Source: Promethearchaeati archaeon (GTDB taxonomy: Archaea > Asgardarchaeota > Heimdallarchaeia > Heimdallarchaeales > Heimdallarchaeaceae). Taken from it: a DNA stretch of 33,629 bases. The stretch is taken from the NCBI GenBank assembly GCA_013166775.1, contig JABLTJ010000035.1:1-33629 (forward strand), in the 5' to 3' direction. The notes beneath the pieces are model-generated. The model was not told the DNA's origin. It saw only the letters and a list, made by a program, of their open reading frames with translations, and searched no databases. Each line of letters begins with the position of its first letter. The first letter of the stretch is position 1. The position numbers and the translations under genes were made by a program. Positions 18,697-27,119 of the stretch are shown here, in pieces.

Positions 18697-19533
18697 TCAA
18701 AATAATTGTTCTCTTTCATCTAAGCTTTGTATTTCTTCAAAACAAATCTTAAGTATGTCATATCCAGATGAAATTATCCTTCTAAGCGTTTGAGAATTTG
18801 AAAATCCTTCCATGAAACCGATCCAGCCCTCATAATAATAGTCCTTATAATTTTCAGCTAATAATACGTAATCGTATTTTTCAAGCTCTTCACTAATCTT
18901 TGTTCTATTCATCTCCCATAAATCAAGAGGTGTATCATGTAATTGACTGAGAAGTCTAATAGGAGAAGGTGATACTCTCCAAAGCATTCGTCTTACTAAT
19001 ACCCAAAGATCTAAACCAGTGCGATCAATCATACTCATTGGTAATGAAGATAAGAATTCTTCTAGTTTTAGTAATTCTTTTTTATCCGTCTCTCTTATGA
19101 ATTCAATTGAAGGCTTTTCCATTTCTTCTGGTTTTCCTATCATTAGAGTTATTTCATTTAACTTAGGCTGAATGAAATCACGAATTATAAGTAAATGATT
19201 TAGATGAATAATCTGAACTCTTGGAATGTGAAAATAATTGGGATTTCTCTCAATGAAAGTACTTTCATACAACTCTGAGAGGTTTACTGATTCATAGAAA
19301 GAGTCATCTTTTTGGAATAGATCAGAGTATTCTCTTGTTTTAATATGTATATCAACATCGCTAAGGATGGGAACATAATCAATAAAAGTATCCCATTTTT
19401 TTACAGCTGAACCTTTGCTGTAAGCATAATCAATTGTTGCAGAATAATTTTCTTCAAAAATATTTTTCCAAATATCTAAGCAAAGCTCAACTTCTTCTTT
19501 TGCTTGCTTCATATATTCGGAATATTCACTCAT
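18697..19533 (-). CDS. Pol-beta-superfamily nucleotidyltransferase-like protein with helical C-terminal domain
   Basis: YAYSKGSA...SDVDIHI matches the hG[GS]..DhD signature, with a longer than usual spacer. Confidence 0.6.
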   Translation of the reverse strand: MSEYSEYMKQAKEEVELCLDIWKNIFEENYSATIDYAYSKGSAVKKWDTFIDYVPILSDVDIHIKTREYSDLFQKDDSFYESVNLSELYESTFIERNPNYFHIPRVQIIHLNHLLIIRDFIQPKLNEITLMIGKPEEMEKPSIEFIRETDKKELLKLEEFLSSLPMSMIDRTGLDLWVLVRRMLWRVSPSPIRLLSQLHDTPLDLWEMNRTKISEELEKYDYVLLAENYKDYYYEGWIGFMEGFSNSQTLRRIISSGYDILKICFEEIQSLDEREQLF

Positions 19534-19643
19534 CTTCAGAACAAAATAGTATGAGTTTATATCTTATTTCATTCGAGATTCAAATAATCATTGTTACATT
19601 GAGTAATTTTTTTGAGTATAAAATGAACTTTTATTTATTTGAT

Positions 19644-20551
19644 ATGAAATATGTTTTTGGACCAGTTCCTTTTAGAAAATTAGCAAGATCTCTTGGAATT
19701 AATCCCATACTTCCAAAAACTTGTAATTTTTCATGTGTCTATTGTCAGTTGGGTAGAACAACTAATTTTACAAATGAGAGAATGATGTTCTTTCTTGAAG
19801 AAATCATAAAAGAAGTAAAAATAGTGATTGAAATAGAGAAAAAAATAGACTTTATTACAATAGCTGGAGATGGAGAACCTACGCTATATTTTGGCTTATC
19901 AACTTATGAAGGAATAATAAAGATATCCAGTATCTCTATTGCAATTATTACAAATGGAGCTCTTCTTTACCAAGAGGATGTTAGGACAGATTTTTTAGAT
20001 GCTGATATTGTTAAGCCTGCTTTTGTTGCACTAAATGAAATTTTTTTCAGAACAATTGATCGACCTCACAAAGACATTACTTTAGAGAAATTAATTAAGG
20101 GATTAAAAATCTTCAGAATAGAATACAAAGACGAGATATTGTTAAAAGCAATATGATTAAAGAAAAAAACAGTGATTTCCAAACTTTGTCAAATAAATGA
20201 AACTATTCTGGATTTTAAGGCAGACAGGAATTATATCAATGTACCAATTCGTCCTCCAGTTAAATCATGGATTGAAATCCCCTCTTCTTTGAACCTCCAT
20301 GAAGCTCAAGAAATACTCAATACTGAAAATATAATTCATTACGAGGAAATACTCGTTAGAAGTGAAAATAAAGAAACAACAAGTGAAGAATTAAGATTAG
20401 AGATAACTGGAAGAAACCCATTAAGAGAAGATCAATTTCATCTCTTTTTCCAAATTTATCTGAAAGAGACGTCTTAAGAATTCTGCAAGAAATGAAAAAG
20501 GATAAGAAAATGAGAGAGACAATCTAAAATAAAAAGAATTTTGGACAATGA
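19644..20551 (+). pseudogene. Degraded radical SAM protein (COG0731-like Fe-S oxidoreductase), split by frameshifts
   Basis: MKYVFGPVP..SLGI..KTCNFSCVYCQLG, GDGEPTLY and ITNGALL. Frame breaks near 20150-20172; INVPIRPP..W continues in another frame, and a further broken tail runs to ~20551. Confidence 0.75.
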
Positions 20552-20622
20552 AAAAATGAAAATAAACGCATGTTTTTAAAGGTTAAATATAGAAATTATC
20601 AAGAATACGCAAGTGAGAGCAC

Positions 20623-21936
20623 ATGAGTTTTGAGAGAGATAAAGGAGATGAATTTTTCACTCAATTTAATTTCCGAGTAGCATTCCATTGGTATCTCAAA
20701 GCTCGAGAAAAACTCTTTTTAGAAGGCAAGGAGGAAGAACTTCGCAGTGTAGAAATTAAAGTAGCTAGATGTATGGCACTGCTTGGAATGAAGAAAGAAT
20801 CTATTGAACTTCTCAGAGAACTAGCCGAACAAACAAAAGAAAGGCTTCTAATTGATGAATATTATCTAGTAGTTCTAGAATTAATTGCAACTCTCTTCTC
20901 CTATGGCTGCTATATAGAAGGGAAGGAATATCTGGACCAATTAGAAGAAGAAATAATTACAGATTCCAATATTCAGATTTTCTTTAGATATTGGCAAACT
21001 AGAGCTCAGCTAGAAATTATTTACCACAATCTGGAAAGAGCTAGGGAATTGGTAAAATTCCTAATGGATAAAGCAAAGGGAATGGGAAATGATCCTTATT
21101 ATTATGAATTGCAGGTTCTACAAGCTCAAATTGATGCTGAAGAAGGTGATGTTTTAAAAGCTTATTCAAATGTTGATGAAGCGTACAAATTCTTTCAAGA
21201 TTCTCCATTTGAAAGAGCTGCTTTTGAGAAAAAAATTCTGCTCTCACAATTCGTAGAAGAACCTGCTGAAACAATAAGATTAATCGATGAATATCTAGAA
21301 AGATATCAACCAGATGATATCCATCCATTAATTTTTAATGCACAAAGAATTGAGTTAGAACTTCGATCTGAACAAATCACTCCTACTATTGCAGCTGAAA
21401 AAGGAGAAAGAATTCTTGCTAATGCAGAGAGTATAGAGCATCTAGAACTTGGGGCAAAAATCAGAAGACTTCTCGCAGGATTGTATCAATCGTTAGGAGA
21501 TTCTAAAAGAGCATATTATGCGTTTGAAAAAACAAGAAAATACTTCATTTCGCAAAACCTCGAATATGAGGAAGCTGTAACATTTTTCATTTTCTTACCT
21601 GTAATGTTACAATTTCATTCTGCTAAAATGTTAGGAATAGCAGGATTATATGGAGGAATGACTGGAAAAAGCAAGGAATTTATCGAATCTATAGATCTTG
21701 CAGTAGAGATGGAAAGAATAAAAGAAATATTTGAAAAATTTAATGATCCAGTTAGATCAAAGATGGCTCTATTTTTCCAGTTATCCTATAAAATTTCAAT
21801 GATAGGCTATGGTTCTGAATTCAATGATTCTATTCATGAAATCAAAAATATCTATCAATGGATGCTTGATAAAGGAGAATTGCACTATTCAGAAATGATA
21901 GGGCAGTTTTTGGAACTAGTAAAGCAATTCAGGTAG
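20623..21936 (+). CDS. TPR-like alpha-solenoid protein
   Basis: Repeated helix pairs with small-residue pattern (A..WY.KA, G..KESIE.L, GD..KAY, GD.KRAY.AFEK). Confidence 0.7.
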   Translation: MSFERDKGDEFFTQFNFRVAFHWYLKAREKLFLEGKEEELRSVEIKVARCMALLGMKKESIELLRELAEQTKERLLIDEYYLVVLELIATLFSYGCYIEGKEYLDQLEEEIITDSNIQIFFRYWQTRAQLEIIYHNLERARELVKFLMDKAKGMGNDPYYYELQVLQAQIDAEEGDVLKAYSNVDEAYKFFQDSPFERAAFEKKILLSQFVEEPAETIRLIDEYLERYQPDDIHPLIFNAQRIELELRSEQITPTIAAEKGERILANAESIEHLELGAKIRRLLAGLYQSLGDSKRAYYAFEKTRKYFISQNLEYEEAVTFFIFLPVMLQFHSAKMLGIAGLYGGMTGKSKEFIESIDLAVEMERIKEIFEKFNDPVRSKMALFFQLSYKISMIGYGSEFNDSIHEIKNIYQWMLDKGELHYSEMIGQFLELVKQFR

Positions 21937-21947
21937 GAGAAAGTTTC

Positions 21948-22754
21948 ATGAAAACATACAAACCCGCTGAAAGAATTCAGATTTATACACCTTTACACAA
22001 ACTAATGGGTTTGATTTGTAAAGAAAATGAGGAAGAGATCGAAAATGAGAAATATGACGATATCATTCTGGATTCTCCTACTTCGAGAAATCAAAAGAAA
22101 ATAATCAAGAGGATACCAGATCCAGTTGAGAGATTAGCTATTCTCGCTTTAACTGCAAAACGTATGGCAGACAAAGAAAAAACTGATGATCGAAATATTC
22201 TTTTTTCTCTTTCACGTATACCATATTTTCTGTTTCCTAATTTCAATGAAGAAACTATTATTCTTTACTCACAAGCTGAGCTTGAAGAGGTTAATGAACT
22301 AATAAACATTATAACTAAGAACCTTCCGCAACATTCCCCGAGATTTGATGATAGACTCCTTATTATACTAAAAATTGAATATTATGTAAATACTTTCCTT
22401 TACTTTGCTATGTCAATGTCAGAAAAGAGATTTCCATTTGGAAGTGAATTTTATGAGTTCTTAAGTTTCATAATTCATGAGTTTTATACAATTTTAAGAC
22501 CACGAAAAGAAGAGAATCCAAAAGAAGTCAAGAATCTGATTTCAGTTTTAGAACCATACATAAATTATACTACAATAATTTACTTTTTAGAACATTATCC
22601 AGAACAAACAAATGAACTTACTTATGTTTTAATAAATATTCGAAAAGTGGATTTTTCTAACAATGAAAAGGAATTACTTGAAGAAGTACTAAAAGAAACA
22701 ATATTAATCAACTCTGAAGATAAAAAAGAGCTTTTCAGTAAATTACAACTCTAA
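21948..22754 (+). CDS. Hypothetical alpha-helical protein
   Basis: 268-aa ORF with AGGAG SD, 11 nt after the TPR gene. No motif recognised. Confidence 0.75.
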   Translation: MKTYKPAERIQIYTPLHKLMGLICKENEEEIENEKYDDIILDSPTSRNQKKIIKRIPDPVERLAILALTAKRMADKEKTDDRNILFSLSRIPYFLFPNFNEETIILYSQAELEEVNELINIITKNLPQHSPRFDDRLLIILKIEYYVNTFLYFAMSMSEKRFPFGSEFYEFLSFIIHEFYTILRPRKEENPKEVKNLISVLEPYINYTTIIYFLEHYPEQTNELTYVLINIRKVDFSNNEKELLEEVLKETILINSEDKKELFSKLQL

Positions 22755-22798
22755 TGTTTTATGTAAGAATATATAAGTGACTTTATTCAGTTGAATCT

Positions 22799-23116
22799 AT
22801 GGAAAAGAAGATTATTCAAATTCAAACAACTCTCAATTCAGAAGAAGAAGTCAAAAGAATTGCAAATAAGTTAATTGAACTGAATTTAGCAGCGTGTGTT
22901 CAATTCTTTCCTATCTCTAGTATCTACAGATGGAAGAATCAGTTTGAAGAATCCAAAGAGTATATTCTATTTATCAAATCAACACTAAAGAACAAAAACA
23001 AAATCCTCGAGTATTTAGAGAAGGAACACACTTACGAACTTCCTGAAATTATGGTTACAAGCTTAGATTATGTTTCCAAGGATTATTCTAAATGGGTGGA
23101 AGAAGAAACACATTAA
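22799..23116 (+). CDS. cutA: Divalent-cation tolerance protein CutA
   Basis: LAACVQ, SIYRWK, HTYELPEI and YSKWV. Confidence 0.95.
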   Translation: MEKKIIQIQTTLNSEEEVKRIANKLIELNLAACVQFFPISSIYRWKNQFEESKEYILFIKSTLKNKNKILEYLEKEHTYELPEIMVTSLDYVSKDYSKWVEEETH

Positions 23117-23123
23117 AGAAGTT

Positions 23124-24356
23124 TTAAACGATAATCGGAAACAATGAGAGAGAAAGAAGAACTAGTACTGATGTTGTAATTAAATCAGCACTTGAACTTA
23201 ATATTGGATTAACAAGATTATCTGGATCTAGTCCGAATCTGTAAGTTAGAAAAGAAGCAGCCATTGAAATCATAAAAACTAGAGCGAAGGAGATAAAATT
23301 AGTTGCAAGAAGTAGTAATAGTAATCTTAAGTAAATAGAAGAAGAAATAGTTTCTGAAGTGATTCCTGTTCCTATAGCACTATATAGCAAATTTAGGAGA
23401 AGTCCAACTGATAATATTCCGAAGAATGAAATAACAAAATCTTGAGTTTTGAAAAAAGAAAAAGTTGGTTTGATTGTTCCAAGATGAAGTTTTGTACTTG
23501 TCGTGTTTGCGAATACAGATCCTTGACTTCCTACAGTACTAATTACTGCAGGATAACAGATCAGGAGAATAGGATTAGAACCAATTAAAGCCTGAAAGGA
23601 TGCTAAAACTGTTCCAGTTCCTGCTGCAATTAGATTAGTTATGGATAAAGTTGGTAAGGATTGAATAATTCCATCAGTTATGTATTTTGCTTTCCTCCAT
23701 TTTAATATTAAAAGAAATGCAAATATTACTGAAATTGTAAAAATAGGAATTCCTATGTATAAATGAAGGTTGAAATTAGGTTTCCAGATTCTATAACAAT
23801 AACCTACCGAGAAGAAAATTAAAGTGATTAGGATATCATTGATTGATGACATTATTGGATAAACTAAAACATCAGGATCCCCTTTTCTTTTGTAAATAAA
23901 GAACGTCAGGGAGAATGTCAAAATCATAGATAATATTGCTCCGAAAACAAAAGTTGTTAAAGAAATCACCAAGATTTCAATCATATTAACAGACAGACCA
24001 AGTATAAAGCTTAATAATGATGCAACTAATCCTACTAAAACAGCATCAAAGACAGTAATTATGAAAATAAAGCTCATCAATTGATAAAACCTGTTAGTAT
24101 TTTTTCTCCATTTAGGTTCTATTGTACCTAGGTGGAGTGCTGTTCCAAGTTTTCCAGAAAGGATACCATTAATGTCACCTCTTACTGTAAGAAGAAGAGG
24201 GTAAATTAGAAAGACCCATTGGAATATTTCTTGAAGATTAGTTAATAGAACTGCAGATCTTCCTGCAAAAAGTCCACCAATATTGAATATCATTCCCCCT
24301 AATACAGTTAACGTAAAACCCGCAAAGATTGAGAAGGAGGAACGATGAGTTACCAT
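23124..24356 (-). CDS. MgtE/SLC41-type divalent cation transporter with two fused membrane domains
   Basis: Internal duplication: PLLLTVRGD..LGTALHLG / PAVISTVGS..STKLHLG, and DPDVLVYPIMSSIND / DPDNLVNPILSSSAD. Confidence 0.88.
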   Translation of the reverse strand: MVTHRSSFSIFAGFTLTVLGGMIFNIGGLFAGRSAVLLTNLQEIFQWVFLIYPLLLTVRGDINGILSGKLGTALHLGTIEPKWRKNTNRFYQLMSFIFIITVFDAVLVGLVASLLSFILGLSVNMIEILVISLTTFVFGAILSMILTFSLTFFIYKRKGDPDVLVYPIMSSINDILITLIFFSVGYCYRIWKPNFNLHLYIGIPIFTISVIFAFLLILKWRKAKYITDGIIQSLPTLSITNLIAAGTGTVLASFQALIGSNPILLICYPAVISTVGSQGSVFANTTSTKLHLGTIKPTFSFFKTQDFVISFFGILSVGLLLNLLYSAIGTGITSETISSSIYLRLLLLLLATNFISFALVFMISMAASFLTYRFGLDPDNLVNPILSSSADLITTSVLVLLSLSLFPIIV

Positions 24357-24474
24357 TATAGCAAAAAATTATGTTAAATCTTAATAAATATAATTGTATT
24401 ATGAACAAATATCTCAGAAATTGTACTTGACTAATATCATAAAATTAAGTAAAGAGAAATAAATATGGCAATGT

Positions 24475-24837
24475 CTATATCTTTTTTATACCTAATTTCT
24501 CTATTATTTCTATACGTCTGAGTGATAAAGCAAAGAATGCTTTTGCTATCTCGGATGTTTTTGAAAGATCAGGATCCATTTTGAGTAGCATATTGAAATA
24601 TTTTGAGATTGGATTTTTTGAAGCAGCAATTGCTTTTGCAATATCTATAGCTTCTTTGTATTTTTGCTGCATAAGATTATATGAAAATCTTAAATTTTCA
24701 TTTGCCATTATATCTTCTTCAGGTATCAAATCCAGATTTAATACTAAAATCCATGATAAAGGATCAAACAATTCTGAATCCACTTTATCGCATAATTTAC
24801 TTAAATCAACATAACGTTCTTCTGAAACAGTACTCAT
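24475..24837 (-). CDS. Hypothetical helical protein
   Basis: 120-aa ORF with an AGTGA SD-like site before the ATG at 24837 (alternative GTG at 24846). Confidence 0.65.
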   Translation of the reverse strand: MSTVSEERYVDLSKLCDKVDSELFDPLSWILVLNLDLIPEEDIMANENLRFSYNLMQQKYKEAIDIAKAIAASKNPISKYFNMLLKMDPDLSKTSEIAKAFFALSLRRIEIIEKLGIKKI

Positions 24838-24897
24838 TTTAATCACTTAACTATCTAGTAGAATATTTATTCTCTATTTATATTTTTTCTCTTTATT

Positions 24898-25842
24898 TCA
24901 CTCTTTTTTTGTAGCAATCGCTAATACAAACTCTCTCAAATCGATCAGTTGAACACTCCCTTCTCCAAATACTGATTCGATTACTGATTTTAACTTTTCA
25001 GGAGTAAATTGGATAAATCCTTTTTGTGCCTTTTTAGGTATAAAGGAATGAAATCCGTTAGTCAGTTTCTGTAAAGCGTCAAAGAGATAGCTTTCAAAAA
25101 CTATAATTTCAACAAATGCAACTTTACCACCAGGATTCACAAGTCTTTTAGCTTCAGAAAGGAAATTGCTATAGTCTTTTTCATCTATTATTCCTAATGT
25201 AAGTATAGACATCAGTCTATCCAGGAGATCTGTTTTCAGAGGTATACTCGATGGAGTTGCCTTTAAATTTTGATAGAGAGGAACATAAGTATCCTCAGAA
25301 TAGGGCATAAGCATGTTAAATCTGTGAGGTAAATCGTCTTCTCTTGCAGATACACAGAGGTTACACATTCGAGGAACGAGAAATTCAGGATTATTTGGAC
25401 TAACGATTCCAAATTCCATCTCGTTTAAGCAACCCATATTAGTAATGCATATCTGATTTAATCGTTCCATCAGTTCTTCTGTCATACCCTCAAAAATAGA
25501 ACTTATTGCCCAATATAATGCATTGTTCAACTCTTCTTGACCTTTTGATGTTATTTCTAGAAATGTTTTATACCCCTTACCAGGAATAGGACTTGTTTTT
25601 ATAAATTCTGCTTTCCCTAATTTATCAAAAATAGCGTAAAACGAACTCTCAGGTTTCTCCTCTATCGATGTATATTTTGATCTAAGATAGTTTATCAGTT
25701 CTCCTTTATAGACTGGTTCAAAAGATTTACTTAGAATCTTTAATATCTCAAGTTCTATCCAGTTTACCGAAAAGACAGCGTTGAATCTATCTTCAAGAAA
25801 ATCCTCTTCTAATCCAATATCACTTGATTCCTCCTTTTGCAT
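24898..25842 (-). CDS. PadR-like winged-helix regulator fused to a methyltransferase-like domain
   Basis: N-term ILKILS..GELI..SSFYAIFDKL..FI..ITSKGQEEL (PadR wHTH). C-term IPLKTDLLD..LSEAKRLVNPGGKVAFVE (MTase motifs II/III). Confidence 0.75.
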   Translation of the reverse strand: MQKEESSDIGLEEDFLEDRFNAVFSVNWIELEILKILSKSFEPVYKGELINYLRSKYTSIEEKPESSFYAIFDKLGKAEFIKTSPIPGKGYKTFLEITSKGQEELNNALYWAISSIFEGMTEELMERLNQICITNMGCLNEMEFGIVSPNNPEFLVPRMCNLCVSAREDDLPHRFNMLMPYSEDTYVPLYQNLKATPSSIPLKTDLLDRLMSILTLGIIDEKDYSNFLSEAKRLVNPGGKVAFVEIIVFESYLFDALQKLTNGFHSFIPKKAQKGFIQFTPEKLKSVIESVFGEGSVQLIDLREFVLAIATKKE

Positions 25843-25957
25843 TTGGGCACCTTTATGAATATCAAGGTAAGTCTCTTATAAGACTTGTGTGATTCGTTGA
25901 TCTATTTTCTTTTAATTCTTCTCTAAATATTTGAAAATGAAAAATTGAAGAAGAGAT

Positions 25958-26617
25958 TCATTTTTTTCTTCTTCTAATAATGACTAGAGTCGAAGTCATG
26001 AAGAAGAATCCAAAAACTACCCAGATGAATTGATAGGAAGCTTCAACAGCATAATTTGTGAAAACCAATTCAATTATACTCTCTAAATTTACGTTATCTG
26101 AAAAGTGCTCATAATAACGTTTTGTTAATCCATCAGAAGCATCTATCTCCATTTCAATTGAAAGAGTGTAATTTTCATGATATATTATAAATTCGGTTCT
26201 AAAAAGAGTGCTTGAGATAGTACTCACATTAAAAACTTCAGGAGAGTTTTCGAATTCTTCTTTGATAGTTGTTTCTACACTTCCATTTATTTTTCGAATA
26301 TGCCAGAAAAGAGGAAAACCCTCTCCAGAATATTTTTCACCATCTACATCAATTGCGATATAAACACTATTCAAATCAGATGGAGTCATAGGTCCAGGGT
26401 AGAGTGCATCCTTTAATTTAACACTAAAATTAGCGTTTATTGGTAAAGCTTCATAATAGTTAAAAGATTGATTCACGTTCCAAGTGAATACTGAGTTTTT
26501 AACAAATTTCTCAGAATAATAATAAGAAACATCGTCTTGAGCTTTTGTAGGTATTATCAAAAGTGAGGATAACAAAAGAATAAAGATTGAGAATTTAACT
26601 AATTTCTTCATAAACAT
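25958..26617 (-). CDS. Cell-surface protein with signal peptide and C-terminal TM plus basic-tail anchor
   Basis: MKKLVK-hydrophobic-TKA signal, several sequons and C-term SYQFIWVVFGFFFMTSTLVIIRRRKK. Start may be 26620, 26617 or 26611. Confidence 0.8.
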   Translation of the reverse strand: MFMKKLVKFSIFILLLSSLLIIPTKAQDDVSYYYSEKFVKNSVFTWNVNQSFNYYEALPINANFSVKLKDALYPGPMTPSDLNSVYIAIDVDGEKYSGEGFPLFWHIRKINGSVETTIKEEFENSPEVFNVSTISSTLFRTEFIIYHENYTLSIEMEIDASDGLTKRYYEHFSDNVNLESIIELVFTNYAVEASYQFIWVVFGFFFMTSTLVIIRRRKK

Positions 26618-26761
26618 CACTAATTCTATGTCTATTTCTGTTTCTGATATCAGATATTAATTGTTTCTATTGGGTTATTTATATTACTATTCATTATTCA
26701 GAATAAAATACAAATAAAGAGAAAGTAATGAATATTCAAAAATCTCAATTTATGAGAAATT

Positions 26762-26983
26762 TTACTTCTCAAAGTATTGCTCATTTTCTGATTCAAACAA
26801 TTCTTTCAGGTCTTTTCGTTCTTTACGTTCAGAACTTGGGCACCAAGCATTGCAATATGATCCTTGCTGAAGAACATCTTCATAAAAATGATGATTTGAG
26901 AAATATGGAAAATCACATTTCCATTCTTCTCCACATTTTGAGCATTTATGATCACATTCACTCATGGTTTCACTTCCAAACAT
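26762..26983 (-). CDS. Small Cys/His-rich putative zinc-binding protein
   Basis: CDHKCSKCGEEWKC..HH..CNAWCP with a charged C-terminal helix. TTTTTAAATA box upstream; alternative ATG at 26965 with a GGAAGTGA SD-like site. Confidence 0.6.
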   Translation of the reverse strand: MFGSETMSECDHKCSKCGEEWKCDFPYFSNHHFYEDVLQQGSYCNAWCPSSERKERKDLKELFESENEQYFEK

Positions 26984-27023
26984 AACGGTTTGATGAAATA
27001 CTATTTAAAAATAACATTGTAAA

Positions 27024-27084
27024 GGGGATTCATTAAGCTTCTGGTGAAAAGTGTAAAAAAGTCTTTTTCAGCTATAGATTCCCC
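27024..27084. repeat. Nested imperfect inverted repeat (hairpin) between divergent promoters
   Basis: Outer arms GGGGATTC / GATTCCCC (1 mismatch), inner AGCT/AGCT and GAAAAG/TTTTTC. Confidence 0.45.
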
Positions 27085-27119
27085 CCAAAAAATATAATCT
27101 AGTTATACAATTACATTTT

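Noticed and set aside
3890-19533. Antiviral defence island (MazG-like, NTase, kinase fold)
   Set aside because: The genes are scattered among housekeeping genes, with no effector pairing, mobility genes or compositional shift.
19434-19643. 70-aa N-terminal extension of the radical SAM ORF
   Set aside because: It overlaps the divergent NTase gene and AT-rich promoter DNA; family similarity begins at MKYVFGPVP (19644).
20154-20156. TGA as selenocysteine readthrough in the radical SAM gene
   Set aside because: Homology continues in other frames, the position is not a Cys site, and no SECIS-like element was seen. A frameshift explains it.
11680-20551. RiPP biosynthetic cluster (TldD/E + peptidase + radical SAM + small ORFs)
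   Set aside because: No YcaO, SPASM or RRE protein and no precursor-like peptide; the small ORFs are membrane proteins and the radical SAM gene is broken and of an unrelated type.
26643-26654. 12-bp palindrome TCTGATATCAGA upstream of the surface protein gene
   Set aside because: Its position suits an operator, but several 12-bp palindromes are expected by chance in AT-rich spacers and no second copy was noticed.
26728-26985. 85-aa + strand ORF
   Set aside because: It is antisense to the Cys/His microprotein, which has better promoter/SD context and a patterned sequence.
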